64,000 nucleotides of DNA from an uncultured Aliarcobacter sp. (GTDB lineage Bacteria > Campylobacterota > Campylobacteria > Campylobacterales > Arcobacteraceae), in contig OY781945.1 of NCBI GenBank assembly GCA_963677435.1, positions 896,001 through 960,000 of the forward strand, in the 5' to 3' direction. Below the pieces are notes generated by a model, which saw only the letters and a list, made by a program, of their open reading frames with translations, was not told the origin of the DNA and did not search any database. Each line of letters begins with the position of its first letter. The stretch's first letter is position 1. The position numbers and the translations under genes were made by a program. Shown here piece after piece: positions 8,665 through 18,195 of the stretch.

Positions 8665-10350
8665 TTGAGAAATAACTCTTTATTTATAATTTTACAGAAA
8701 ATGCGTATACCTTTTTTAGTAATTATTATAACTTATACTATTGCAATTATAGGATTGATTTTAATTCAAGGTATTGATGTAAATGGGAATCCTACAAGGA
8801 TGTCTATTTTTGATGCTTTCTATTTTATCTCTTATACTGCAACTACAATTGGATTTGGTGAAACACCTTATACTTTTACTTATCCTCAAAGAATCTGGGT
8901 GACTTTCTCTATATATCTTACTGTTCTAGGATGGTTTTATGGAATAGGTTCTTTGGTTTCACTATTGCAAGATAAACTTTTTATTCAAGAGATGCAAAGA
9001 ACAAAATTTTTAAGACAAATAAAAAATTTAAATGAAAAGTTTATAATTGTTTTAGGTTATAACCAAATCACAAAAAAAATCATAACAAAGGCTTTAGACC
9101 AAGGTGTTAGAAGTGTAGTAATAGAAAAAGATAAATCAAGAATTAATGATTTAATACTTGAAAATTTTACACCAACAGTCCCTGTTTTATATAGTGAGAC
9201 TTATTCAGTTAGAGTTTTAGAAGCCGCTGGAATTACTAAAAGAAATTGTAAAGCAATAGTTTCATTATTTGAAGATGATGCTTTAAATCTAAAAACAACT
9301 TTAATTGCAAAAAGTTTAAATAAAAATGTAAAAGTAGCCGTTAAATCAACAACAAAAAATCATACGGAAAATCTTAAAGATTTAGATGCTCAAATAATTG
9401 TAAACCCATTTTCTATTATTTCGTCTGAAATAAATATGGCTTTAATTGCTCCAAATCTATTTAAAATTGAAAAATGGCTTTATAAATTAGGAGATTTAAA
9501 CTCTAGTTTGCCACTTTTCCCTAAAGGTTTATATATCATTTGTGGATATGGACGAATGGGAAAAAAGATTTTTGAAAAATTAAATGACAATAATATTGAG
9601 GCAAAATTAATAGAAATTAAAAAAAATAGAGATATAGAATTTACAAAAAATGAGATTTCACATTTAGTTTTTGGAGATGCTGATGATAAAGAATTACTAA
9701 TAAATATTGGTATAAATCAAGCTGTTGCAATAGTTGCAGCAACTGATGATGACACAACAAATTTATCTATTTTAGCAACAGCTAAAAAACTTAATCCATT
9801 AATTATGACAATTGTTAGAGAAAATGATTTAGCTGATGATTTTTTATTTAAAAATGCAAATATTGATCATATTTTTACTCCCTCAAAAATTGTAGTAAAT
9901 AAAGTAACTAATGCTTTAGTAAATCCTTTAAGTGATATATTTTTAAAACAAATTATCAAAAAAGATAATATATGGGCTTCAAAACTTATTAATAGATTAG
10001 TAAAAGAGATAGATGAATGTCCTATTTTATTGGAATTCCAAATTGTAGAATCATTTGCTCCTGAAATTTGTAAATATTTATTAAACAAAAATATATTGCT
10101 TTTAAATATATTTGCTACTTCTTTATATAACCATAAACAAAAAAATAATGTTGTTCCTTTGTTACTTCAACGAGATAATGATATAATATTAACCCCTGAG
10201 TGGGAATATGAGATAAAAATAGGTGATAAACTTTTATTAGCTTGTGATGCACATGCTAAAAATGATGTTGAGTATATTTGCCAAAATTATTATGAATTTT
10301 ATTATGCATTAACCGGTAAAGAAAAACAAACAATATTTAAAAGGAATTAG
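8665..10350 (+). CDS. Potassium channel protein (2TM pore + two RCK/TrkA-N domains)
   Basis: Pore helix and filter DAFYFISYTATTIGFGE; two Rossmann RCK motifs (IIVLGYNQ; IICGYGRMG...ATDDDTTNL). Confidence 0.88.
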   Translation: MRNNSLFIILQKMRIPFLVIIITYTIAIIGLILIQGIDVNGNPTRMSIFDAFYFISYTATTIGFGETPYTFTYPQRIWVTFSIYLTVLGWFYGIGSLVSLLQDKLFIQEMQRTKFLRQIKNLNEKFIIVLGYNQITKKIITKALDQGVRSVVIEKDKSRINDLILENFTPTVPVLYSETYSVRVLEAAGITKRNCKAIVSLFEDDALNLKTTLIAKSLNKNVKVAVKSTTKNHTENLKDLDAQIIVNPFSIISSEINMALIAPNLFKIEKWLYKLGDLNSSLPLFPKGLYIICGYGRMGKKIFEKLNDNNIEAKLIEIKKNRDIEFTKNEISHLVFGDADDKELLINIGINQAVAIVAATDDDTTNLSILATAKKLNPLIMTIVRENDLADDFLFKNANIDHIFTPSKIVVNKVTNALVNPLSDIFLKQIIKKDNIWASKLINRLVKEIDECPILLEFQIVESFAPEICKYLLNKNILLLNIFATSLYNHKQKNNVVPLLLQRDNDIILTPEWEYEIKIGDKLLLACDAHAKNDVEYICQNYYEFYYALTGKEKQTIFKRN

Positions 10351-11151
10351 ATGAAAATTTTAACAGGACCATGTGTACTAGAAGATAGAGACACGGTAAT
10401 GAGAATAGCAGAAAAATTAAAACCATTAAGTGAAGATAAAAGAATTGAATTTTATTTTAAAGCTTCATTTGATAAAGCTAATAGAACAAGTATAAGTTCA
10501 TTTAGAGGACCAGGACTTGATGAGGGATTAAAAATATTTCAAGAAATAAAAGAGCAATTTGGATACAAAGTTGTAACTGATATTCATGAATCATATCAAG
10601 CAGCACCAGCTGGTGAAGTAATTGATATTTTACAAATTCCTGCATTTTTATGTAGACAAACTGATTTATTAGTTGCAGCTGCTAAAACACCTGCAATTAT
10701 AAATATTAAAAAAGGGCAATTTTTAGCAGCAGATGCTATGAAACATCCAGTTGAAAAAATTCTAAATACAAGAGGAATTACAGAAGTTTCTTATGAAACA
10801 TCTGAAAAAGCTGGTGTTTGGCTTTGTGAGCGAGGAAATACATTTGGATATGGTGCTTTAGTTGTGGATATGAGAAACTTACTTTTATTAAAACAATATG
10901 CTCCCATTATTTTTGATGCAACACATTCAGTTCAAATTCCAAGTACTGGGGGAACAACTGGTGGAAACTCAGCATTTGTTCCATATATGGCAAAAGCTGC
11001 AGCTGCAGTTGGTGTTGATGGATTCTTTTTTGAGACACATGTTGATCCAAGTATTGCACTTAGTGATGGACCAAATATGCTTAAAATCGAAGACTTATAT
11101 AAAACAGTTAGTGACATTTTTGCAATACAAGACGCTTTAGGATATAATTAA
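10351..11151 (+). CDS. kdsA: 3-deoxy-8-phosphooctulonate (KDO8P) synthase
   Basis: GPCVLE, FKASFDKANRTS, TDIHE, LQIPAFLCRQTDLL, IKKGQF, FDATHSVQ, ALSDGPN. Confidence 0.98.
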   Translation: MKILTGPCVLEDRDTVMRIAEKLKPLSEDKRIEFYFKASFDKANRTSISSFRGPGLDEGLKIFQEIKEQFGYKVVTDIHESYQAAPAGEVIDILQIPAFLCRQTDLLVAAAKTPAIINIKKGQFLAADAMKHPVEKILNTRGITEVSYETSEKAGVWLCERGNTFGYGALVVDMRNLLLLKQYAPIIFDATHSVQIPSTGGTTGGNSAFVPYMAKAAAAVGVDGFFFETHVDPSIALSDGPNMLKIEDLYKTVSDIFAIQDALGYN

Positions 11152-11180
11152 TCCTTATACACATATTTTTGGAGAAATAA

Positions 11181-11651
11181 ATGAAAATTATTGAAGGTAA
11201 TTTAAGATTAAATGGTACTGAGAAAGTAGCAATTATAAATGGAAGATTTAATCATATTATAACTGATAGATTAGTTGAAGGTGCAAGAGATGCTTTCAAA
11301 AGACATGGTGGAAATGATGATAATTTAGATTTAATATTAGTTCCAGGTGCTTTTGAAATTCCTTTTGCTTTAGAAAAAGCATTAGCAAGTGGTAAATATG
11401 ATGCAATTTGTTGTGTTGGTGCTGTTATTCGTGGTGCAACTCCTCATTTTGATTATATTTCAGCAGAAGCTACAAAAGGTATTGCAACAGTTGGAATCAA
11501 ACACGGTATTCCTGTATCAAATGGTGTTTTAACTACAGATACAATTGAGCAAGCAATTGAGAGAGCTGGTTCAAAAGTAGGTAATAAAGGTGCAGAAGCA
11601 ATGGTTACAATTATTGAAATGCTAGATTTATATAGCGAAATGGGGAAATAA
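11181..11651 (+). CDS. ribH: 6,7-dimethyl-8-ribityllumazine synthase
   Basis: [50 protein letters not shown]. Confidence 0.98.
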   Translation: MKIIEGNLRLNGTEKVAIINGRFNHIITDRLVEGARDAFKRHGGNDDNLDLILVPGAFEIPFALEKALASGKYDAICCVGAVIRGATPHFDYISAEATKGIATVGIKHGIPVSNGVLTTDTIEQAIERAGSKVGNKGAEAMVTIIEMLDLYSEMGK

Positions 11652-11652
11652 T

Positions 11653-12048
11653 TTGGCAACTAGAACACAAGCTAGAGAGTCTGTAATTGGTTTATTATAT
11701 GCCTATGATTTAGGAAATGAGGGAATTGTAAAATTTGTTGATGAAATTTTAGAAGATAAAAAAATTAGAAATCAACAAAAAGAGTTTGCTTTAAAACTTT
11801 TTAATGGAACAATTGAAAATATAGAAAATATTGATAATGAAATTAAAGCTCATTTAAATCAAGGAACTTTAGACGATATAGGTTCTGTTGAAAAATCAAT
11901 TTTAAGACTTGCAGTTTATGAAATTTTATTTGAAAGTTTACAAAAAGCTATTGTTATAAATGAGGCTATAGAATTATCAAAAAGATTAGCTAGTGACGGT
12001 GCTCCAAAGTTTGTAAATGGTTTACTTGATAAGATTGTAAAGGCTTAA
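11653..12048 (+). CDS. nusB: Transcription antitermination factor NusB
   Basis: RTQARE, ILRLAVYEI, INEAIELSK, KFVNGLLD; follows ribH. Confidence 0.97.
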   Translation: MATRTQARESVIGLLYAYDLGNEGIVKFVDEILEDKKIRNQQKEFALKLFNGTIENIENIDNEIKAHLNQGTLDDIGSVEKSILRLAVYEILFESLQKAIVINEAIELSKRLASDGAPKFVNGLLDKIVKA

Positions 12049-12051
12049 ATT

Positions 12052-12750
12052 ATGAATGATGTAATGAAACTATGTATATCTTTAGATTTACCAACTGCAA
12101 AAGAAAATTTAGCTTTAGTTGAACAAATTAAAGATTTTGATGTTTGGTTAAAAGTAGGATTTAGATCATTTATACGAGATGGGAAAAAGTTTTTAGAAGA
12201 TTTAAAAGCAATTAATCCAAATTTCAAAATATTTTTAGATTTAAAACTTTATGATATTCCAAATACTATGGCTGATGCTGCATTTGAAATAGCTAACTTT
12301 GGACTTGTAGATATGTTTAATGTTCATGCAAGCTCAGGTGTTGAAGCTATGAAAATAGTTATGCAAAGAATCAAAGATGTACCAAATAAGCCTTTAGTTC
12401 TAGCGGTTACGGCACTTACTTCTTTTGATAATGAGAGCTTTAAGGCTATTTATAATGAAGATATATCTACAAAAGCTATACAACTTTCAAAAGACACTTA
12501 TAATTCAGGTGTTGATGGAGTGGTATGTTCAGCTTATGAGAGTTTAGATATTAAAAATAATACTTCAAAAGAGTTTATTACTTTATGTCCTGGTATCAGA
12601 CCTTTTGGTGAAGATAGTGGTGATCAAAAGAGAGTAGCTGATATTGCTTTTGCAAAAGAAAACTTAGTAAATTTTATAGTTGTTGGAAGACCAATATATA
12701 AAGCTGAAAATCCTAAAAAAGTAGTTGAAGAGATATTAAAAAATATTTAA
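12052..12750 (+). CDS. pyrF: Orotidine-5'-phosphate decarboxylase
   Basis: FLDLKLYDIPNT, NVHASSG, VTALTS, CPGIRP, DQKR, IVVGRPI. Alternative start ATG 12064. Confidence 0.97.
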   Translation: MNDVMKLCISLDLPTAKENLALVEQIKDFDVWLKVGFRSFIRDGKKFLEDLKAINPNFKIFLDLKLYDIPNTMADAAFEIANFGLVDMFNVHASSGVEAMKIVMQRIKDVPNKPLVLAVTALTSFDNESFKAIYNEDISTKAIQLSKDTYNSGVDGVVCSAYESLDIKNNTSKEFITLCPGIRPFGEDSGDQKRVADIAFAKENLVNFIVVGRPIYKAENPKKVVEEILKNI

Positions 12751-12764
12751 TTATCTCTTTACTA

Positions 12765-12798
12765 TTTAAGTATGTTTTAAGTGATGTAGTATTATAAT
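12765..12798 (+). promoter_or_regulatory. Sigma70-type promoter of the tRNA operon
   Basis: Perfect TATAAT at 12793-12798, preceded by two TTTAAGT elements as in Campylobacterota promoters, ~40 bp before tRNA-Ser. Confidence 0.6.
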
Positions 12799-12838
12799 TT
12801 CCGTCCTGATTTTAAGAAGTTAAAATTATGGAAAATGC

Positions 12839-12929
12839 GGACAGTTGGGTGAGTTGGCTGAAACCACCTCCCTGCTAAGGAGACGTGCTGGTAACGGCAC
12901 CGAGGGTTCGAATCCCTCACTGTCCGCCA
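12839..12929 (+). tRNA. tRNA-Ser(GCT)
   Basis: Acceptor GGACAGT/ACTGTCC, anticodon loop ct-GCT-aa, long variable arm, GGTTCGAATCC, encoded CCA. Confidence 0.96.
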
Positions 12930-12931
12930 CT

Positions 12932-13008
12932 GGGTCATTAGCTCAGCTGGTTAGAGCACTCGGCTCATAACCGAGTGGTCGAAGGTTCGAGTCCTTCATG
13001 ACCCACCA
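12932..13008 (+). tRNA. tRNA-CAT, most likely tRNA-Ile2 (lysidine-modified)
   Basis: Acceptor GGGTCAT/ATGACCC, anticodon arm ctcgg-ctCATaa-ccgag. Ile2 versus Met identity is inferred from resemblance to known Ile2 genes. Confidence 0.85.
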
Positions 13009-13054
13009 GTTTCACTTTTTAAGTGAATTAAAAATGTGTTAAAAGCATTTTTAT

Positions 13055-13131
13055 GCGGGAGTAGCTCAGTTGGCTAGAGCTTCTGCCTTCCAAGCAGACT
13101 GTCGCGAGTTCGAGTCTCGTCTCCCGCTCCA
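13055..13131 (+). tRNA. tRNA-Gly(TCC)
   Basis: Acceptor GCGGGAG/CTCCCGC, anticodon ct-TCC-aa, CCA end. Confidence 0.96.
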
Positions 13132-13189
13132 CTATTAAATAGATTTGGTAACGCTATTTAATTTTTATTTATTTTACCAAAAAAGTGAT

Positions 13190-13266
13190 GCGGGAGTAGC
13201 TCAGTTGGCTAGAGCTTCTGCCTTCCAAGCAGACTGTCGCGAGTTCGAGTCTCGTCTCCCGCTCCA
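13190..13266 (+). tRNA. tRNA-Gly(TCC), identical second copy
   Basis: Identical to 13055-13131. Confidence 0.96.
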
Positions 13267-13304
13267 CTAATTAATCTTTAGGGATTAAAGTTCTTTTATT
13301 TAAT

Positions 13305-13381
<77 letters not shown>

Positions 13382-13390
13382 ATCTAAAAT

Positions 13391-13467
13391 GTCAAGGTAG
13401 CTCAGCTGGTTAGAGCGCTGGTCTCATAAGCCGGAGGTCGAGGGTTCGAGTCCCTCTCTTGACACCA
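13391..13467 (+). tRNA. tRNA-CAT, most likely elongator tRNA-Met
   Basis: Acceptor GTCAAGG/TCTTGAC, anticodon ct-CAT-aa, paired 1:72, no GGG/CCC stem. Confidence 0.85.
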
Positions 13468-13483
13468 TTTAGAAATTATGGAT

Positions 13484-13560
13484 GCTGGTGTAGCTCAGTT
13501 GGCTAGAGCAGCTGATTTGTAATCAGCAGGTCGGGGGTTCGACTCCCTTCACCAGCTCCA
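13484..13560 (+). tRNA. tRNA-Thr(TGT)
   Basis: Acceptor GCTGGTG/CACCAGC, anticodon arm gctga-ttTGTaa-tcagc. Confidence 0.96.
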
Positions 13561-13581
13561 CTTTTTTTAACTTTATTTTCT

Positions 13582-13656
13582 TGGGGTATCGCCAAGCGGT
13601 AAGGCAACGGTTTTTGGTACCGTCACTCGAAGGTTCGAATCCTTCTACCCCATCCA
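13582..13656 (+). tRNA. tRNA-Gln(TTG)
   Basis: Acceptor TGGGGTA/TACCCCA (U1-A72), anticodon arm acggt-ttTTGgt-accgt. Confidence 0.95.
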
Positions 13657-13727
13657 CAAAAACTTACTTATTATAAAATCTAATTAATACTTGATACTGT
13701 TGATTATTTATATATTTAAATATATAT

Positions 13728-13804
<77 letters not shown>

Positions 13805-13845
13805 AATTTTTTTAATGAAAAACTATTTTAATACTTATCATTTAA

Positions 13846-13922
13846 CGCGGAATAGAGCAGCACGGCAGCTCGTCGGGCTCATAACCCGAAGGTCACAGGT
13901 TCAAATCCTGTTTCCGCAACCA
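13846..13922 (+). tRNA. tRNA-fMet(CAT) initiator, copy 3
   Basis: As copy 2 except for the D-loop (AGCACGGCA). Confidence 0.95.
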
Positions 13923-13931
13923 ATCCATCTT

Positions 13932-16730
13932 TTATATATTTAAAGTTATTACAAATTCAGCACCTTTATAAATTTTATTTTCATAGGTATATTCTACATT
14001 TTTAGCTTCAATTTTCCCATGCATCCCTTCATCAATTAGTTTATATGTCATATGCAGTCCTAATCCAGTTCCTTGAGATTTATATTTAGTTGTAAAATAA
14101 GGGTCATATATTTTCGAAATTATATCTTCTTGTATTCCTCCTGCATTATCTTTTATACTTATATAAACAATATTATTTTTGATTGTAGTAGTAATAAAAA
14201 CTAATGGGAATTCCTCTTGTCTTTCTTCAAGAGCATCTTTTGCATTATTAAAAATATTAATTAAACATTGAATTAGTTCATTTGGATACCCATCAATTGT
14301 AATATTATCATCTAAGTTTATAATTAACTTTAAGTTATCATTTCTTACCGTTGATTCAACGATATGTAAAAAATTGTTTATAGTAGTTGATAAATTGTAA
14401 TTTCTTAACTTTCTATCTTCTTTAATGAAATTTTTAAAGTCATTTATTGTTTCAGATAGGTATTGAGAGTTTTTATTTATTAAATCCATATTTTGTATTA
14501 GTTCATTATCATCCAATATTCCAAACTCTTTTTGTATTTTTACTCCAGTAGCTACTGTTGAAATCATAGATAGTGGTTGTCTCCATTGATGTGCTATATT
14601 ACTTATCATTTCCCCCATGGAAGCTAGTTTATCAGCTTTAAAAAGTTTTTCTTGAAAAAGTTTGTTTTTTTCTAATTCTTCATTTACTCTTATTTCTAAT
14701 TCTTCATTTAATTTGTCTAATTCTTGAGTTCTTTTCTTAATTTCATTTTGAAGAAAGTTATTGTTATCTTTTAATAGGTATTGTCTGTATAAAAAGAAGA
14801 TTAATAGTATTATAATAAAACTTATTGAAATCCACAGATAAGTATAATCTTCGATTTTTTCGTATTTTATTGATATCCACTTATTAACTATATCTTGAAT
14901 ATCATTTTTAGATATTGTTAATATTGCCTTATTCAATATATCAACTAAAATTGGTTCATCTTTTAAAACCCCAATTCTAAAAATATTTCCATAGCCTTTA
15001 GGTTCATTTAGAATTTTCAGATTAAAAAAACCTTTTTCTTTTATATTATATGCTGAAATAATAATCGATCTAAGAGTTAAATCTGCTTTTTTCTCTTCAA
15101 CTAGTTCAAAGGCTTCATTTTCTGTATTAGTGGGAATTATCATAAGATTAGGAAAATCATTCTGAAATTTTTCATACATTGCTGTTTCTTTTGGAAGAGC
15201 AATGGATGCTTTAATTTTTGATAAATCTTTTATTATTTGACTATCAGATCTTCCTATTATTACATTAGGATCATCAAAAACAGGTTCTGTAAAATTCAGC
15301 CATTCTTTTCTTTGAGGAGTTTCATTTAAGAAACTCATAATATCACATTTTTTTGCTTTTGAAAATTCTATACTCTCTTCCCAAGATTTAGTAGGAATTA
15401 CTTTTATATTTAATGCAAGTTTTGAACTAATTAATTCAATAATATTTTCAGCAATACCTGTGTATTTACCTTTTTTATCTAGTTTTTCAAAAGGTTCCCA
15501 GTTTGGATCTACACACATAGTGATGGATTTTTTATTTAATAAATAGTTTTTTTCTTTTTCATTTAATGGAATGGTTTTTTTTAATTTGTCATTATTGTCT
15601 AATTTTGTATTTATTAATCTTTTTCTTAATTCAAATAATTCTTCATCTGTTATATCATTTTTACCTTTTTTTAAAATTTCTTGTAATAATGCATTTTCTT
15701 TATTTCTTGTATCTTTAAGGTAGTTTTTTTCTTCATTTGTAAGATCACCTTGTATTTTGTTATTAATATCAAAGTAGTAATTATTTAATATAGAATTAAT
15801 ATCATAATTTTTATCAACCAAACCTAATTTTGTGTACATATCTGCATTTAATTTTACTAGTTCTGGTGCAATTGCACCAATTTTAAAGATATTTGTTTTA
15901 AATAGTTTTTCTGTTTGTTTAGCCTCAAATAATAAAGACTCTTTAGTTTTTCTTTTTGAATATTTATCATAAATTAAATCAACAATCTCTTCTTTGTGAT
16001 TAAATGCGTATTCCCATCCTTTATTTGTTGCTTCTACAAAGTCTTTTACTTTTTTTGTATTTAAATTTATAACTTTTTGACTTGTAAATAGTTCAACATC
16101 ATAAGAGTAAATACCAAAATCTGCTGGATTTAATATATTATATTTTACACCTGCTTGATCAAGTTCGTAAGGTTGAGAAGAAATAAATACACTCATTGCA
16201 TCAATTTGACCATTCACAAATTTATCTACTTTAAAATCGTGATTAATTAAAGTATAGTCATTGGATGAAATTCCAGTATCTTTTAGCATCACACCTAAAC
16301 TTGTATGTTGCATTTCCCAATTGAGAGCCATTATCTTTTTATTTTTCAAATCATTAGGAGTTTTTATATCTGGTTTTGTTACAAGAGCTAATGCATTTTG
16401 TTTAAAATAAGAGGCAATTAAAACGACAGGTTTTTTATCAAGTTTCTCTAAAATCAAAGCAGATGAGGATATACCAAAAGTTGCATTTCCACTTAAAACC
16501 TCTTGGGTTATATCAATGCCATCTTTAAACTCTCTTATCTCAACTTCAAGACCAACATCTTTGTAATAGCCTTTTTTTATTGCTGTATAGAAACCTGCAA
16601 ACTCAAATTGATGTTTCCACTCTAATTGTAAAGTTACTTTTTCTAAGTAATTAGCTTGTGTATTGGCGAATAAAATGTTACTTGAAAATAAGATTAAAAA
16701 AATAATATATGATTGAAATATTTTTTTCAT
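13932..16730 (-). CDS. Sensor histidine kinase with periplasmic NMT1/THI5-like and SBP_bac_3 binding domains
   Basis: VTLQLEWKHQFEFAGFY.A..KGYY..GLEV (NMT1-like); MCVDPNWEPFE (SBP3); a TM helix; H-box NIAHQWRQPL; N box; DNAGGI; FTTK...GTGLGL. Confidence 0.92.
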   Translation of the reverse strand: MKKIFQSYIIFLILFSSNILFANTQANYLEKVTLQLEWKHQFEFAGFYTAIKKGYYKDVGLEVEIREFKDGIDITQEVLSGNATFGISSSALILEKLDKKPVVLIASYFKQNALALVTKPDIKTPNDLKNKKIMALNWEMQHTSLGVMLKDTGISSNDYTLINHDFKVDKFVNGQIDAMSVFISSQPYELDQAGVKYNILNPADFGIYSYDVELFTSQKVINLNTKKVKDFVEATNKGWEYAFNHKEEIVDLIYDKYSKRKTKESLLFEAKQTEKLFKTNIFKIGAIAPELVKLNADMYTKLGLVDKNYDINSILNNYYFDINNKIQGDLTNEEKNYLKDTRNKENALLQEILKKGKNDITDEELFELRKRLINTKLDNNDKLKKTIPLNEKEKNYLLNKKSITMCVDPNWEPFEKLDKKGKYTGIAENIIELISSKLALNIKVIPTKSWEESIEFSKAKKCDIMSFLNETPQRKEWLNFTEPVFDDPNVIIGRSDSQIIKDLSKIKASIALPKETAMYEKFQNDFPNLMIIPTNTENEAFELVEEKKADLTLRSIIISAYNIKEKGFFNLKILNEPKGYGNIFRIGVLKDEPILVDILNKAILTISKNDIQDIVNKWISIKYEKIEDYTYLWISISFIIILLIFFLYRQYLLKDNNNFLQNEIKKRTQELDKLNEELEIRVNEELEKNKLFQEKLFKADKLASMGEMISNIAHQWRQPLSMISTVATGVKIQKEFGILDDNELIQNMDLINKNSQYLSETINDFKNFIKEDRKLRNYNLSTTINNFLHIVESTVRNDNLKLIINLDDNITIDGYPNELIQCLINIFNNAKDALEERQEEFPLVFITTTIKNNIVYISIKDNAGGIQEDIISKIYDPYFTTKYKSQGTGLGLHMTYKLIDEGMHGKIEAKNVEYTYENKIYKGAEFVITLNI

Positions 16731-16815
16731 TTTGTATCTTTTAGTTAATAAATTTATAACTTAATTATTTTATATTATATCATCAAAAAAATTTTATAAT
16801 TCTTTTGAAATATAA

Positions 16816-16827
16816 TTTAGATACAAT
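16816..16827 (+). promoter_or_regulatory. Putative -10 promoter element (TTTAGATACAAT)
   Basis: The same motif class precedes gyrA, rpmB and ugd. Lies ~33 bp before ATG 16860, which has a GAGGA RBS. Confidence 0.45.
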
Positions 16828-16859
16828 AATCAAAAATTTATTAATATAGAGGAAATTTC

Positions 16860-17396
16860 ATGAGTGATAGATTACATGAAATAATGGGTCAAATTGGTAT
16901 TTTACATAATGATTTATTAGAAAATGAAAAGATAAAAGATGCTAAAGAGGTCTTTGAATTTATAAAAGATTATGATACTGATATACAAGAACATTACTTA
17001 AACTTATTGTTACAATACTATTTCCAAAAAAATGATTTAGAAAATTTAAAAGAATTACTTTTAGTAGGTGCAAAATTTGATCTTAGATTTAGTGATGTAA
17101 AAGAGGCTTTTTTAAATATAAAATCTGAAGAAGAAAATGTTATAGAATTTATGCAAGATGCAGTTGTTTTTATTAAAGAAAAGATTAATGAGAGTGATTT
17201 AAAAGATATTTATGATTATTATGTAAATAATATTGGATTGCAAAAAAAACTTGATTTTATAATTGAGTTGATAAAAAAGAATAGATATGTTTGTGTTTAC
17301 TGTTTTAATAATCCAAATAGCTCAGTGGGACAGTTTTTTTTAAATGAAGAGTTGTTAGACTCTTTAAAAAGAGATTTGCCTTATCTACTTAAATAA
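16860..17396 (+). CDS. Hypothetical protein (acidic, predicted helical)
   Basis: 178-codon ORF with GAGGA RBS and promoter; no family recognised. Confidence 0.75.
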   Translation: MSDRLHEIMGQIGILHNDLLENEKIKDAKEVFEFIKDYDTDIQEHYLNLLLQYYFQKNDLENLKELLLVGAKFDLRFSDVKEAFLNIKSEEENVIEFMQDAVVFIKEKINESDLKDIYDYYVNNIGLQKKLDFIIELIKKNRYVCVYCFNNPNSSVGQFFLNEELLDSLKRDLPYLLK

Positions 17397-17405
17397 AGTT
17401 TCTGA

Positions 17406-18152
17406 ATGCCATCTTTTGAATTTGTAATTCCGCAAAGTTTTTTATTTATTCCAGCAAATTTGTCTTTTATATCTTCTTGTTTTTTTATAAGTTATATTTT
17501 GTCAAAGATATTTAAAAGTGTTATAGTCTTTTTTATCTTATTAATCTTATTATTGAGTATAGCTTATTATGATTTATTTATTAAATATCTTATCAAAGAA
17601 TATTATGAATTAACACAGATGGATTCAAAAATATATTTTTATCCACAAAAAAATGATGGGCAAAAAATTGAGAGTTTATCTATTGTTAATATTTATAAAC
17701 ATCCTCTTAAATATTCAACAACATTAACTTCTATTGAAAAAGATGAAATAAGAAATGTACATGAAAATTACATCGAGAATTTTATTGATATATCAACTTA
17801 TGCATATAAATATAATAGAGTAATATCAAATACCCAAAGAATATCTTTAAATAATCATGATGAAAATTTGGATGAAAAAGCTAGATTTATTATTGAAAAG
17901 AATATAAAAACAACTTTTTTCCCAAAACTTTATGAAGAGTATGAGTATAAATTTATTGATACAAAAACAAATTATATTTTAGCAACAGCATTTAATATCT
18001 TTTTTCTTATTGATAATAATAAGTTCAGAAATAAATATTTATATTGGGGAAATGAGAAAGAAGAACAATTTAATGAAGAGGGAATTAATAATTTTGATAA
18101 TATTTACAAACATTTATTTATTGATGATTTGAGAAAGAATATTAATAAATGA
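17406..18152 (+). CDS. Hypothetical membrane protein (two N-terminal TM helices + soluble domain)
   Basis: 248-codon ORF 9 bp after the previous gene; hydrophobic aa ~10-58. Confidence 0.72.
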   Translation: MPSFEFVIPQSFLFIPANLSFISSCFFISYILSKIFKSVIVFFILLILLLSIAYYDLFIKYLIKEYYELTQMDSKIYFYPQKNDGQKIESLSIVNIYKHPLKYSTTLTSIEKDEIRNVHENYIENFIDISTYAYKYNRVISNTQRISLNNHDENLDEKARFIIEKNIKTTFFPKLYEEYEYKFIDTKTNYILATAFNIFFLIDNNKFRNKYLYWGNEKEEQFNEEGINNFDNIYKHLFIDDLRKNINK

Positions 18153-18195
18153 TTAAAAATTACTATTAGTTTTTTGTTTATTCTATTTTTTAATT

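Noticed and set aside
11100..11181. FMN riboswitch upstream of ribH
   Set aside because: Only 29 bp separate kdsA and ribH, and there is no RFN consensus.
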